24,000 nt of DNA from Periweissella fabaria (GTDB lineage Bacteria > Bacillota > Bacilli > Lactobacillales > Lactobacillaceae): NCBI RefSeq assembly GCF_918814575.1, contig NZ_CAKKNS010000001.1, positions 186,182-210,181 of the forward strand, read 5' to 3'. The position numbers and the translations under genes were made by a program. The notes under the pieces were generated by a model. It did no database searches, had not been told where the DNA came from, and saw nothing but the letters and a program-made list of their open reading frames with translations. Shown here one piece after another: positions 8,796 to 17,048 of this stretch. How positions within the stretch are numbered: position 1 is the first letter of the stretch; each line of letters opens with the position of its first letter.

Positions 8796-10322
8796 TTATT
8801 TGGTGGCGTCATGGAAACTTGGCGCTGAACCAATATTACCTTTATCGTCAGCTACAGAAGGTGTTGGAGTAGTAAGTTTAGCTGAGCTATTAGCGTGCTT
8901 TTTGGCTTGACGGTTAACCCAAGCTGTCTTGAAAATTAAAATGAAAGCGACATTCATAATTAAACCAATTCCAAAGGCTAAGTAGTATCCCCATGCTGGG
9001 TGAACTAAGCCAATAATTGGATCAAAAACACCAAGACCAGGAGCTAAACGTTCAACACCTAAAGCCATTGAGATGGCACCAGCGATACCACCAGCTAATG
9101 TATTTGCTGCAATCATTGGAATTGGTGCAGCTAAAGCGTATGGAATCGCGGGTTCGGTTGCAACTGTCATCCCAACTAAGAAAGCCGAGATGCTTGATTC
9201 ACGTTCAGGTTTAGTAAAGAGCTTTGGTTTAATCCAGGTTGCGATTGCGGCAGCCATTGGTGGTAGCACTGTTACAACGCCAACAATACCATACCACGTG
9301 TAAACATGAGAGCTTAAAAGTGAAAAGCCAAAGAACCAAGCGGTTTTGTTGATAGGGCCACCCATATCAAATGACAACATTGCACCAATTAGGAAACCAC
9401 CGGCAATTGCGTAAGATGCAGGGATAGTGTGCAAGAAGTTGAGTAAACCAGCCATTAAGCCAGCCATGGCAGGACCAACGAGATAGTAAGTTAAAAGACC
9501 AAAAATTAAAAGTGTAACAAATGGAATAATTAAGAAACCAAGTGTTGATTGGAAAGTTTTGCCTAGTTTAACTTTACGGAAGGCCTTAACGAAGTATCCA
9601 ATAGCTAAACCAATAACGATGGCACCTAAGAAACCGGCACCACCCTTAGTCCCTAAAACGTCGGGTGAATTAGCGAGAAGAGTTACTAGAAAAGCAGGTG
9701 CTAAAGCGGGTTTATCACCGATTGAGTAAGCAATGTATCCTCCCATAATAGGAATCATCATTGTGAAGCCTAATCCTCCAACGGTATTTAAAACCCATGC
9801 TAATGAGGCAATGTGTCCGGGAGTTGGTGCTGTATTAGCGGCCCCAAATTGAACTAAAAGACTCCCAAGAGCCATTAATAATCCACCACCAATTACGAAT
9901 GGCAGGGCAGCTGATACCCCAGCCATTAAGTGACTCATCACGCCATCTGTGTCTTTTTGATCACCTAACTTGACAGGACTTCCACCAGTTGCTTTAAAAA
10001 GGTGTGCTTCACTAGCTAAATTATCAAAAATGGTATTTACCTTTTTTAGGGCTTCTGAGACAGGTAGCTCAATTACTTGTTTACCATCAAAACGCGCTTT
10101 ATCTTCGGTGGTCATTCCTTTACCAAGCGCTAATATGACATAGTCTGCAGTGGCAATTTGATCACTTGTTAGTTTGTTTTCGACCCCGTTAGCACCTTGT
10201 GTTTCAACATGCGCTTCATAACCTAATGATTTTGCTTTTGTTTCAATGGCTTCTGCGACCATATAAGTATGTGCAATTCCGGCTGGACAGTTGGTTACCC
10301 CAACGATTTTTAAATTTGCCAT
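8796..10322 (-). CDS. PTS fructose-family transporter subunit IIBC
   Basis: EIIB motif VGVTNCPAGIAHTYMVAEAIE; EIIC with GGPINKTAWFF and AFLVGMTVATEPAIPYALA; start at MANLKIV. Confidence 0.92.
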   Translation of the reverse strand: MANLKIVGVTNCPAGIAHTYMVAEAIETKAKSLGYEAHVETQGANGVENKLTSDQIATADYVILALGKGMTTEDKARFDGKQVIELPVSEALKKVNTIFDNLASEAHLFKATGGSPVKLGDQKDTDGVMSHLMAGVSAALPFVIGGGLLMALGSLLVQFGAANTAPTPGHIASLAWVLNTVGGLGFTMMIPIMGGYIAYSIGDKPALAPAFLVTLLANSPDVLGTKGGAGFLGAIVIGLAIGYFVKAFRKVKLGKTFQSTLGFLIIPFVTLLIFGLLTYYLVGPAMAGLMAGLLNFLHTIPASYAIAGGFLIGAMLSFDMGGPINKTAWFFGFSLLSSHVYTWYGIVGVVTVLPPMAAAIATWIKPKLFTKPERESSISAFLVGMTVATEPAIPYALAAPIPMIAANTLAGGIAGAISMALGVERLAPGLGVFDPIIGLVHPAWGYYLAFGIGLIMNVAFILIFKTAWVNRQAKKHANSSAKLTTPTPSVADDKGNIGSAPSFHDATK

Positions 10323-10352
10323 AATCCGTTCCCCCTTGGGCAAGCTATTTAG

Positions 10353-10799
10353 TTATCCAACAATATCATTTAATAATGTAGTAATTTCAGCTTCGGTACC
10401 ATGTTTTAAGGTTTCGATGAACTCAGGATGAACTAACTGACGACTTAACTTGGCCAGGAGTTGTAAGTGCAAACCAGCCTCGGTATCTGGCACAATTAAA
10501 CTCAACCAAGTGTCAACTGGTGCGTCATCAAGTGCTTGCCATTCAACGCCATGATCAGCACGAGCAAATAGAATTGTCGCTTGTTTATTATTACTTGATT
10601 TTGAGTGGGGTATTGCTACGCCATTTCCAAATCCCGTAGTTGATTCTGCTTCGCGTTCTAGATAGTCAGCGACAAGTTGATTGGCATCATTAACGACCCC
10701 AAGTTCGTAAGCCTTAGTGGCTAATTCAGCCAAAACGTCAGCCTGAGTTGTTCCTTTGATATCCATGATAATGTGTGTTGGTTCAAACATGTTGTTCAT
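10353..10799 (-). CDS. PTS fructose-family EIIA component
   Basis: YLEREAESTTGFGNGVAIPHSKS active-site histidine motif; 148 aa. Confidence 0.92.
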   Translation of the reverse strand: MNNMFEPTHIIMDIKGTTQADVLAELATKAYELGVVNDANQLVADYLEREAESTTGFGNGVAIPHSKSSNNKQATILFARADHGVEWQALDDAPVDTWLSLIVPDTEAGLHLQLLAKLSRQLVHPEFIETLKHGTEAEITTLLNDIVG

Positions 10800-10863
10800 A
10801 ATGTGTACCCCCTTTTGATAGGTTAAGAATACAACGTAATTAAAAATCGGTTAATAGGTATTT

Positions 10864-10899
10864 TGTCACCGATGAGTGCCAAGAACGTATCGAGTGACA
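10864..10899. promoter_or_regulatory. Candidate activator operator upstream of the PTS operon
   Basis: Inverted repeat TGTCACCGAT / ATCGaGTGACA, upstream of a predicted minus-strand promoter TTAACC-N17-TATTCT. Confidence 0.4.
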
Positions 10900-10904
10900 C
10901 CAAC

Positions 10905-10938
10905 AAAAAAACAGCGCAGATAAACCTGCGCTGTTTTT
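10905..10938. terminator. Rho-independent terminator of the lipoprotein gene
   Basis: aaaaaaacagcgcag ataaac ctgcgctgttttt. Confidence 0.88.
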
Positions 10939-10940
10939 GA

Positions 10941-11441
10941 TTACCATTGTTGCGTTACTTTACCATCTTGAGAAACGGTGTAAGCAGCAGAAGGGGCTTT
11001 AGCAGCACCTTGGTAGATGTTGATGTTGAAGACAGTTTCACCGTAAAGGGTTGATGTTCCATTCGCCAATAGTGACACATTGTCGGCACTAGGTCCTAAT
11101 TGGGCCCGCAAAACGTTGACCGCTTGTTCAGGGGTTGTCACCTTACCGCTTGCTTGAGCTTGATTGCTATCAGTCGGTTGTGAGCTACTATTACTACTTG
11201 TTGTAGCAGGGTTGTTAGTTGATGAACTGGCCGCACTTGATGAACTAGCAGAACTACTGTGCGTATCAGGGGTACTAGTTGAACTCGCTGCTTTAGAACT
11301 TGCAGTGGCAGCACTACTAGTTTGTGCTGACGAAGCCGATTGCTTGTTGCTTTCTTTAGCAGTTGTTGAGTGTGGTTGACTGCAACCAGCTAAGACAAAT
11401 AAGAGGCTCGTTGCGGCAATGATACTTAATGTTTTTTTCAT
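10941..11441 (-). CDS. Ser/Thr/Ala-rich lipoprotein, function unknown
   Basis: Signal peptide and lipobox FVLAGCS, low-complexity linker, small C-terminal domain; RBS aaggat. Confidence 0.85.
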   Translation of the reverse strand: MKKTLSIIAATSLLFVLAGCSQPHSTTAKESNKQSASSAQTSSAATASSKAASSTSTPDTHSSSASSSSAASSSTNNPATTSSNSSSQPTDSNQAQASGKVTTPEQAVNVLRAQLGPSADNVSLLANGTSTLYGETVFNINIYQGAAKAPSAAYTVSQDGKVTQQW

Positions 11442-12126
11442 GAGGATATCCTTGGTATTTATTTAGTTGATGCACATACCTGAATTTTATAGCGACGATA
11501 ATGGTATGCGATCAACTAGGCAATGATTCATAATATTAATGAATGTTGAGTTTTGATTACAATATATATTAATATAGTTTTGGATAATTTTAAAGGGTAA
11601 TTTACGATTTAAACCTAGCTTAGCATTAATATTGGTATATACAATGACATAGTTAATGGCCCTCAAATAATTAGCCATCAGTGTAGTGGAAAGTAGCTCA
11701 TTTTTTGGCGGGATTGACCATCCTTTATTTAAGATATTACACCAAAATTTGAGTGAGCGATAAAGCATCAGCCGGACAAACCGACGATGAAAAAGTGGGA
11801 TTTAATATTTGTGATAATGGAAGGATTACCGTCCTCTTGGAAGCAGCTCAAAGAGGCTAATAATTATTAATTTGCTATACGCAATTTGTTGATGAATAAA
11901 GGTTTTAAGTTTTGTAGTCATTTGCAGGTTTTGCTTGGATTTCCACCACGAATCCGCAGTTGAAAGATGTTGATTGTAGCGTACAAATAAAAACGTAAAT
12001 TAGCTATTAGGATCGTGATTTTAGCCAGTGCAATTAGCCATCAAGCTTGCGGTTAACATTTTATTAATTACTTTAAGAGAATGGTATACTGATAGCGATA
12101 TCATATTAATGGGGGGATGCAATAAA

Positions 12127-13134
12127 ATGAGTAAACGAATTTGGTTAGGCGTAGTCGCGTTGAGTAGTGCCGTGCTATTAAGTGCTTGCGGTAGTCAAAA
12201 TGCTACGAGTCAATCAACCAGTCAAAGTACCACAAGTAAGCCAGCGCAAAATCCGACAAAAACGAAAGGCACATTGGCTAACAAGACGGCAAGTTCTACA
12301 AAATCAACTAAAACGACAGGCGCGATGGCGGATGTTAAATTGCCCCAAGTTGCCTGGGATAATCAAAAGCAAGTCGCTTTAGATCGCTTCATGGATAACT
12401 GGGGCCGCAGCTTTAGTCCAGCGCAAGTATATGATAATTTCTATCCGGCCACGAAGGCGACAAGTAATTATATGGGTTATAAGTTTCCCGATGATTTTAG
12501 CCAAAATAATATTGCTGTTAATAATCAGCATGTGAGTGCGAATGTTAGTCCAACCGGGGCCGATAAGTACGATTATAATGTGGTGGCAATCTATTCAGAT
12601 TATCTGACTTTACAGTCACGCGATGTTGCTCACTTGTACTTTATGACTTTGCATCATGGCCAACCAGTGGTGCTCGTTACCGAACAAAATGAAGGAATGC
12701 CTGATCATTTGTTGCACTTTACGCCAACTGCTAATCAGGAATTAATTAATGGCTTTGCCAAGTTAGTTAAAGAACCTAGTCAACCGATTCATAAGCAACC
12801 AGAGCTTACCTATCAAGGGACTAAGTTAGATTATCGTCAGATTGGGGTGATGGCTTACAAATATGCCAATCCGGATGCGACACCACTGGTAAAATATCTG
12901 GGAACCAATCCCCTCGCCAGTTTGGATGTTGTTAATGGTAAATTACACATCGGCACCCGTGAGACCGAAAAAGCAATTGAGTACAGTTACGACCAACACA
13001 GTGTTCACTTGACATGGCCGGATTCTGGAAAAACTGCCACAGTCAGTGTCGCCGATTTAGTCAAAGCAACTTACCACACTGCCGCCCAACAAACCGACGT
13101 TAATACAACGGCCCAAACGATGCCGCTTAGTTAA
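12127..13134 (+). CDS. Lipoprotein with DUF4767-like domain
   Basis: Lipobox LLSACGS; WDNQKQVALDRFMDNWGRSFSPAQVYDNFYP resembles the DUF4767 N-terminus. ATG at 12127 preceded by gggggga. Confidence 0.75.
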   Translation: MSKRIWLGVVALSSAVLLSACGSQNATSQSTSQSTTSKPAQNPTKTKGTLANKTASSTKSTKTTGAMADVKLPQVAWDNQKQVALDRFMDNWGRSFSPAQVYDNFYPATKATSNYMGYKFPDDFSQNNIAVNNQHVSANVSPTGADKYDYNVVAIYSDYLTLQSRDVAHLYFMTLHHGQPVVLVTEQNEGMPDHLLHFTPTANQELINGFAKLVKEPSQPIHKQPELTYQGTKLDYRQIGVMAYKYANPDATPLVKYLGTNPLASLDVVNGKLHIGTRETEKAIEYSYDQHSVHLTWPDSGKTATVSVADLVKATYHTAAQQTDVNTTAQTMPLS

Positions 13135-13155
13135 ATTTGCCGACTAATTAAAGCT

Positions 13156-13204
13156 AAAAAGATCCCCGCAACTTCATGTTTATTGAAGCGGCGAGGATTT
13201 TTTA
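13156..13204 (+). terminator. Probable terminator, imperfect stem
   Basis: aaaaagatccccgcaacttca tgtttat tgaagcggcgaggattttttt. Confidence 0.6.
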
Positions 13205-13222
13205 ATGCCGTATTGGAACGTA

Positions 13223-13453
13223 TTATTTACCACGTAATACCTTAATCAGTAAGTTAAGCCAAGCGGCCAGACTAATGATTAAAAAGAGTAACAGGCATGA
13301 AGCGCCGAAGTTAAGACTAGCTTCATGAGCGGTATTGGTGATTTTAAACCACCCGGTAGTAGAAGTACCACCACATAAATAGGTTACGATTGTTAGTAAG
13401 GAAAAAAGCAAGGCAACTAATAATGCCCGCCGTTGAGCTGTTATTTTAAACAT
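13223..13453 (-). CDS. Small membrane protein (two predicted TM segments)
   Basis: MFKITAQRRALLVALLFSLLTIVTYLCGG...CLLLFLIISLAAWLNLLIKVL; start trimmed to MFKI. Confidence 0.55.
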   Translation of the reverse strand: MFKITAQRRALLVALLFSLLTIVTYLCGGTSTTGWFKITNTAHEASLNFGASCLLLFLIISLAAWLNLLIKVLRGK

Positions 13454-13650
13454 GTGGCATGCCTTTCTGAATGCAATATGCAAAAACTTATGTATTGATT
13501 ATTAATCATAATTAGGTCGTTGATTAATGTCAAGGAACGTATTTAAGGAGGAAGCGCTCCATTTTATTGACATCATAGTACAAAAACCACGCCGCATCAC
13601 CATCCCGAAAAATGGTATGATAAACATAATACATTTCTGGAGGAACACTT

Positions 13651-14631
13651 GTGACTGAATTACGTTATTTTTCACATACCGACCTTGACGGGGTTATGTC
13701 AGCCGCCGCTTTAATTGCGGGGACTAAGGATCAGTATCCCGATGCTACGATTACTTATTCATTTGAATCAACTGGTTCATTTGGGACCATTGACCGCGCC
13801 ATTACGGATTGGTTAGCGACAGAACCTGAGGCGGCCTACATTGGCATTACCGATTTGACACCATCACCGGATGTCTTGACGGCTCTAGCAACTTACGCCC
13901 ATGACCATCAGTGTGTCGTTGAAGTCATTGACCACCATGCGTCAACTGCGCATTTGGCGACGGATTTTCCATTCATTACGAACTACAATGAGCACACTAA
14001 TGGTAAGCAGACATGTGCCACATCAATGGTTGCTGAGCGCTATCCAGTTGCTGATAATGCCCCGTTGATTATTGAAGCCGTGCGGGAATTAGATACATGG
14101 GATTGGTATAATAAGCCTGATTCGGCATTGACCGCCGAATTGGCCCAAAAGCTGGCCATTGCGGTTAATTTACTAGGGAAAGACGCTTTCATGCAACAAA
14201 TTCCCGCTTTCAATGCGGCCGCTAAGCAAGCACCAACGCCAACTTGTGCCACGATTTTTGGCCCGGTGTTAAATGCGATTATTGATAAGCAATTACTCGA
14301 TGTTGATAAGTATGTCGGTCGTAAAAAAGATGCCGCCGCTTTTATGGACTTACACATTGGTGACCACACATATCATGTTGCCTATGTCCAAGCATCAAAA
14401 AATATGTCAGAAGTTGGTAATATGTTAGCCGAATTACCAGCTGCAGATTTTGGAATTGTCGTGAATGGCAATCGCTTGTCATTACGCAGTAGTGAAGCCG
14501 CTGAAGTTGATTTGGCAACCGTGGCCGCCGCTTTCCAAGGCGGTGGGCACCAACATGCCGCCGGTGGTCGTTTGTTAATTGATTACGCCCAAATTATTCA
14601 AGCTTCCGTTGTGACACCACCAACTAAATAA
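13651..14631 (+). CDS. DHH family phosphoesterase (DHH/DHHA1)
   Basis: SHTDLDGVMSA, VIDHHAS, C-terminal GGGHQHAAGGRL; GTG start with RBS tggagga. Confidence 0.92.
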   Translation: MTELRYFSHTDLDGVMSAAALIAGTKDQYPDATITYSFESTGSFGTIDRAITDWLATEPEAAYIGITDLTPSPDVLTALATYAHDHQCVVEVIDHHASTAHLATDFPFITNYNEHTNGKQTCATSMVAERYPVADNAPLIIEAVRELDTWDWYNKPDSALTAELAQKLAIAVNLLGKDAFMQQIPAFNAAAKQAPTPTCATIFGPVLNAIIDKQLLDVDKYVGRKKDAAAFMDLHIGDHTYHVAYVQASKNMSEVGNMLAELPAADFGIVVNGNRLSLRSSEAAEVDLATVAAAFQGGGHQHAAGGRLLIDYAQIIQASVVTPPTK

Positions 14632-14638
14632 ATGCACT

Positions 14639-14683
14639 AAAAAACTCTAAGTTGATGTTCAAGCATCGCCTTAGAGTTTTTTT
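14639..14683. terminator. Bidirectional terminator between DHH gene and citI-like gene
   Basis: aaaaaactctaag ... cttagagttttttt. Confidence 0.88.
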
Positions 14684-14697
14684 GATTTCACATGTCG

Positions 14698-15645
14698 TTA
14701 AAGGTTTTTTAAGTCATCCAACATCCGGTAGGCCAGTGATTCACTAAAAACAATATCAGTCACTAGTTTGCCTTTCAGAGCACCGATCGTCGTCATCGAT
14801 TTGAACTTACCACGGACAAAACAAAAGCGGGTTGGTACGTGCATGATAGTCTCAAGGTCCAGCCCAAATGTTTTATCATGGTCAACGTTTAAGAACTGGC
14901 CATCAATATCATACGGACGGCCATAGATTAAGCCGGCAACGTTGGGCAAGTCACTTTCAGGGATAATCGCAGTTAAGTTATCATTCCATGGTTCAATTGA
15001 TTGCAATGATTTAAGCGTCCCCAAGCCGGTGATGAGCATATCCATCTGGGAACCCATTGCTAAGGTACTCTTGGTGGCTGGTTCATGGGCCAAGCCAAGG
15101 CGGGTCTGATCATCGAGGATATAGAGGGGAGCTAGTAAGGTGCGAAATTCGCATGAAAACTTCGTGGCCGCTTTTTCGACCATCCGAGTAGAGCCGACCG
15201 TTGAGTGGTATTTCATATTTTCACCAATGAATTGGACGAAGTATGTATCCCGCAACGGAATATTATTGAAGTTATCAATTAAATTATACATTGATTCCCC
15301 CCAGGCTAACCCGAGAACTTGGGGGTTTTGCGCTTGGATAAGTTGTTGGGCAATGTTGGCACTATTTTCGGCTAACCGGTGCATACTTTCAATCTCATCG
15401 GCGGCATCTTTAATAATTGTGAAGTGGACATCGGGGAATTGGGCACTAAATAGTTGCTCCAATTGTTGATTGCGATGTGAGTTTGATTGAATTTCAATAC
15501 GGACTAAGCCGGATTTTAAGCCATCATTGAGATATTTATTGATTAGGTAACGGCTAAGATTATATTTTTTAGAAATTGCCGCAAAAGACGCTTTGTTGAG
15601 GTAGTAGTCTTCAGCCACAGCGACAATTAGTTCATCTTGATTCAT
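14698..15645 (-). CDS. citI: SorC/DeoR-type sugar-binding regulator, likely citrate operon activator CitI
   Basis: HTH ISKKYNLSRYLINKYLNDGLKSGLVRIEIQ plus sugar-binding-type C-terminal domain; divergent to citM. The longest ORF starts at 15678, but that ATG overlaps the predicted -10, so ATG at 15645 with GAGG upstream is preferred. Confidence 0.85.
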   Translation of the reverse strand: MNQDELIVAVAEDYYLNKASFAAISKKYNLSRYLINKYLNDGLKSGLVRIEIQSNSHRNQQLEQLFSAQFPDVHFTIIKDAADEIESMHRLAENSANIAQQLIQAQNPQVLGLAWGESMYNLIDNFNNIPLRDTYFVQFIGENMKYHSTVGSTRMVEKAATKFSCEFRTLLAPLYILDDQTRLGLAHEPATKSTLAMGSQMDMLITGLGTLKSLQSIEPWNDNLTAIIPESDLPNVAGLIYGRPYDIDGQFLNVDHDKTFGLDLETIMHVPTRFCFVRGKFKSMTTIGALKGKLVTDIVFSESLAYRMLDDLKNL

Positions 15646-15676
15646 ATTTAAAGGCCTCGTCATATTTGATACTTTC

Positions 15677-15704
15677 ATTGTACAGGATTTTCACAATTTG
15701 TCAG
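15677..15704 (-). promoter_or_regulatory. Predicted citI promoter
   Basis: On the minus strand CTGACA - 16 bp - TACAAT. Confidence 0.6.
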
Positions 15705-15716
15705 TTACAAAATTGG

Positions 15717-15742
15717 TTTTATTTTAAAATTTTAAAATAAAA
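15717..15742. promoter_or_regulatory. 26-bp perfect AT-rich palindrome, candidate CitI operator
   Basis: TTTTATTTTAAAATTTTAAAATAAAA reads identically on both strands. Confidence 0.7.
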
Positions 15743-15757
15743 AGCCTTTTAAAAAGA

Positions 15758-15781
15758 TTATTTTTAAAATTTAAAACAAAA
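15758..15781. promoter_or_regulatory. Second, imperfect AT-rich candidate operator
   Basis: ttatttttaaaatttaaaacaaaa; AAATTT centre at 15769.5, 40 bp from the centre of the first palindrome (15729.5). Confidence 0.5.
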
Positions 15782-15784
15782 TGC

Positions 15785-15813
15785 TTTACAAAAATGGGCG
15801 GAAGGACTAGAAT
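15785..15813 (+). promoter_or_regulatory. Predicted citM operon promoter
   Basis: TTTACA - 17 bp - TAGAAT. Confidence 0.65.
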
Positions 15814-15879
15814 CAATCTTGTTAAGAAAGTAACAAGCAAAATAAAAAATGCTTTCGTTAAAAGAATCGAGGTTTAAAA

Positions 15880-17028
15880 ATGGTTGATATAAATCGGGTT
15901 ATCGATTTGCATACTAAAGAAACAGGTGTTTTATCAATAAAACCAAGTTTTGATGTTAAGAATCGCACGGACTTAGGAGAAGCTTACACACCGGGGGTCG
16001 CTGAGTTATCTAAGATGATTCACGCTGATCCTAGTCAAAAAGCGAAGTTAACAATGAGTGGGAAGCTCGTAGCCATTATTTCAGATGGTTCAGCGGTCTT
16101 AGGATTAGGCAACGTTGGTCCGGGCGCTAGTTTACCAATCATTGAAGGTAAGGCGTTGCTTTACAAAAACTTTGCCGGGGTCGATGCTATTCCATTAGCT
16201 TTCAATCAAGGTTCAATTGATGAATTTGTGGCAACGGTTAAAAACATGGCGCCTTCATTTGCCGGGATTCATTTAGAAGATATTGCCGCACCACGAGTAT
16301 TTGAAATTGAAAAACGCTTGGCGGCGGAATTAGATATTCCGGTATATCATGATGATCAAACAGGAACGGCAATTGTCGTCTTGGCAGGCTTGATTAATGC
16401 CGCTAAGGTCGTTGCCAAGCCGCTAACTGATCTCAAAATTGTGATTAACGGAGTGGGAGCAGCCGGAGTTGCTACCGCAAAGATTTTAATTGCCGCGGGA
16501 TTCAAAAACTTAACGTTAGTTGATATTGATGGCGTCATTCATCCTGATGATACTCAATACAACCCATACCAACTTGAATTATTAAATGCGATTACCCCAA
16601 CCGCTGGGGCCACCTTAGATGATATTATCGATGGCCAAGATGTGTTCATTGGTTTATCAGACGCTAACGTGTTAAGTGGTGCGCAAGTGCAACGGATGGC
16701 TGATAAAGCAATCATTATGGCGCTTGCTAATCCGGTACCAGAAATTTTACCGGAAGAAGCCTTAGCCGCTGGGGCCTGTGTGGTCGCAACTGGTTCTTCA
16801 CAATGGGCCAACCAAGTTAATAATATCTTGGCATTCCCTGGTTTGTTTAAAGGCTTGTTAGCAAGTGGTTTAAAAGCCGTTGACATGCACTTACAAATTA
16901 AAGTTGCACAAGCCTTAGCTGACTTGATTACTACGCCCGATGCCGAAAACATTGTCCCAGGGGTCTTCCAACCAGGTGTTGTTGATGCAGTTACCGCTGC
17001 CGTGATTAGTTACAGTCAAGAAAAATAA
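15880..17028 (+). CDS. citM: Malic enzyme family protein, likely citrate-pathway oxaloacetate decarboxylase
   Basis: YTPGVAELS, HDDQTGTAIVVLAGL, VINGVGAAGVATAKI, NPVPEI; first gene of the cit cluster. Confidence 0.9.
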   Translation: MVDINRVIDLHTKETGVLSIKPSFDVKNRTDLGEAYTPGVAELSKMIHADPSQKAKLTMSGKLVAIISDGSAVLGLGNVGPGASLPIIEGKALLYKNFAGVDAIPLAFNQGSIDEFVATVKNMAPSFAGIHLEDIAAPRVFEIEKRLAAELDIPVYHDDQTGTAIVVLAGLINAAKVVAKPLTDLKIVINGVGAAGVATAKILIAAGFKNLTLVDIDGVIHPDDTQYNPYQLELLNAITPTAGATLDDIIDGQDVFIGLSDANVLSGAQVQRMADKAIIMALANPVPEILPEEALAAGACVVATGSSQWANQVNNILAFPGLFKGLLASGLKAVDMHLQIKVAQALADLITTPDAENIVPGVFQPGVVDAVTAAVISYSQEK

Positions 17029-17048
17029 GTAAAGGTGGGTGCGGATTG

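Noticed and set aside
9017-9303. Plus-strand ORFs inside the PTS EIIBC gene
   Set aside because: Antisense overlap with a conserved gene; no independent RBS or motif.
11164-11379. Plus-strand Leu/Ala-rich 71-aa ORF
   Set aside because: Artefact of the antisense reading of the Ser/Thr-rich lipoprotein linker.
11487-11768. Minus-strand 93-aa ORF
   Set aside because: AT-rich composition, no clear RBS, no family features; probably non-coding.
14040-14369. Minus-strand 109-aa ORF
   Set aside because: Antisense to the DHH phosphoesterase.
15140-15469. Plus-strand 109-aa ORF
   Set aside because: Antisense to the citI-like gene.
16356-16952. Minus-strand ORFs inside citM
   Set aside because: Antisense frames of a conserved gene.
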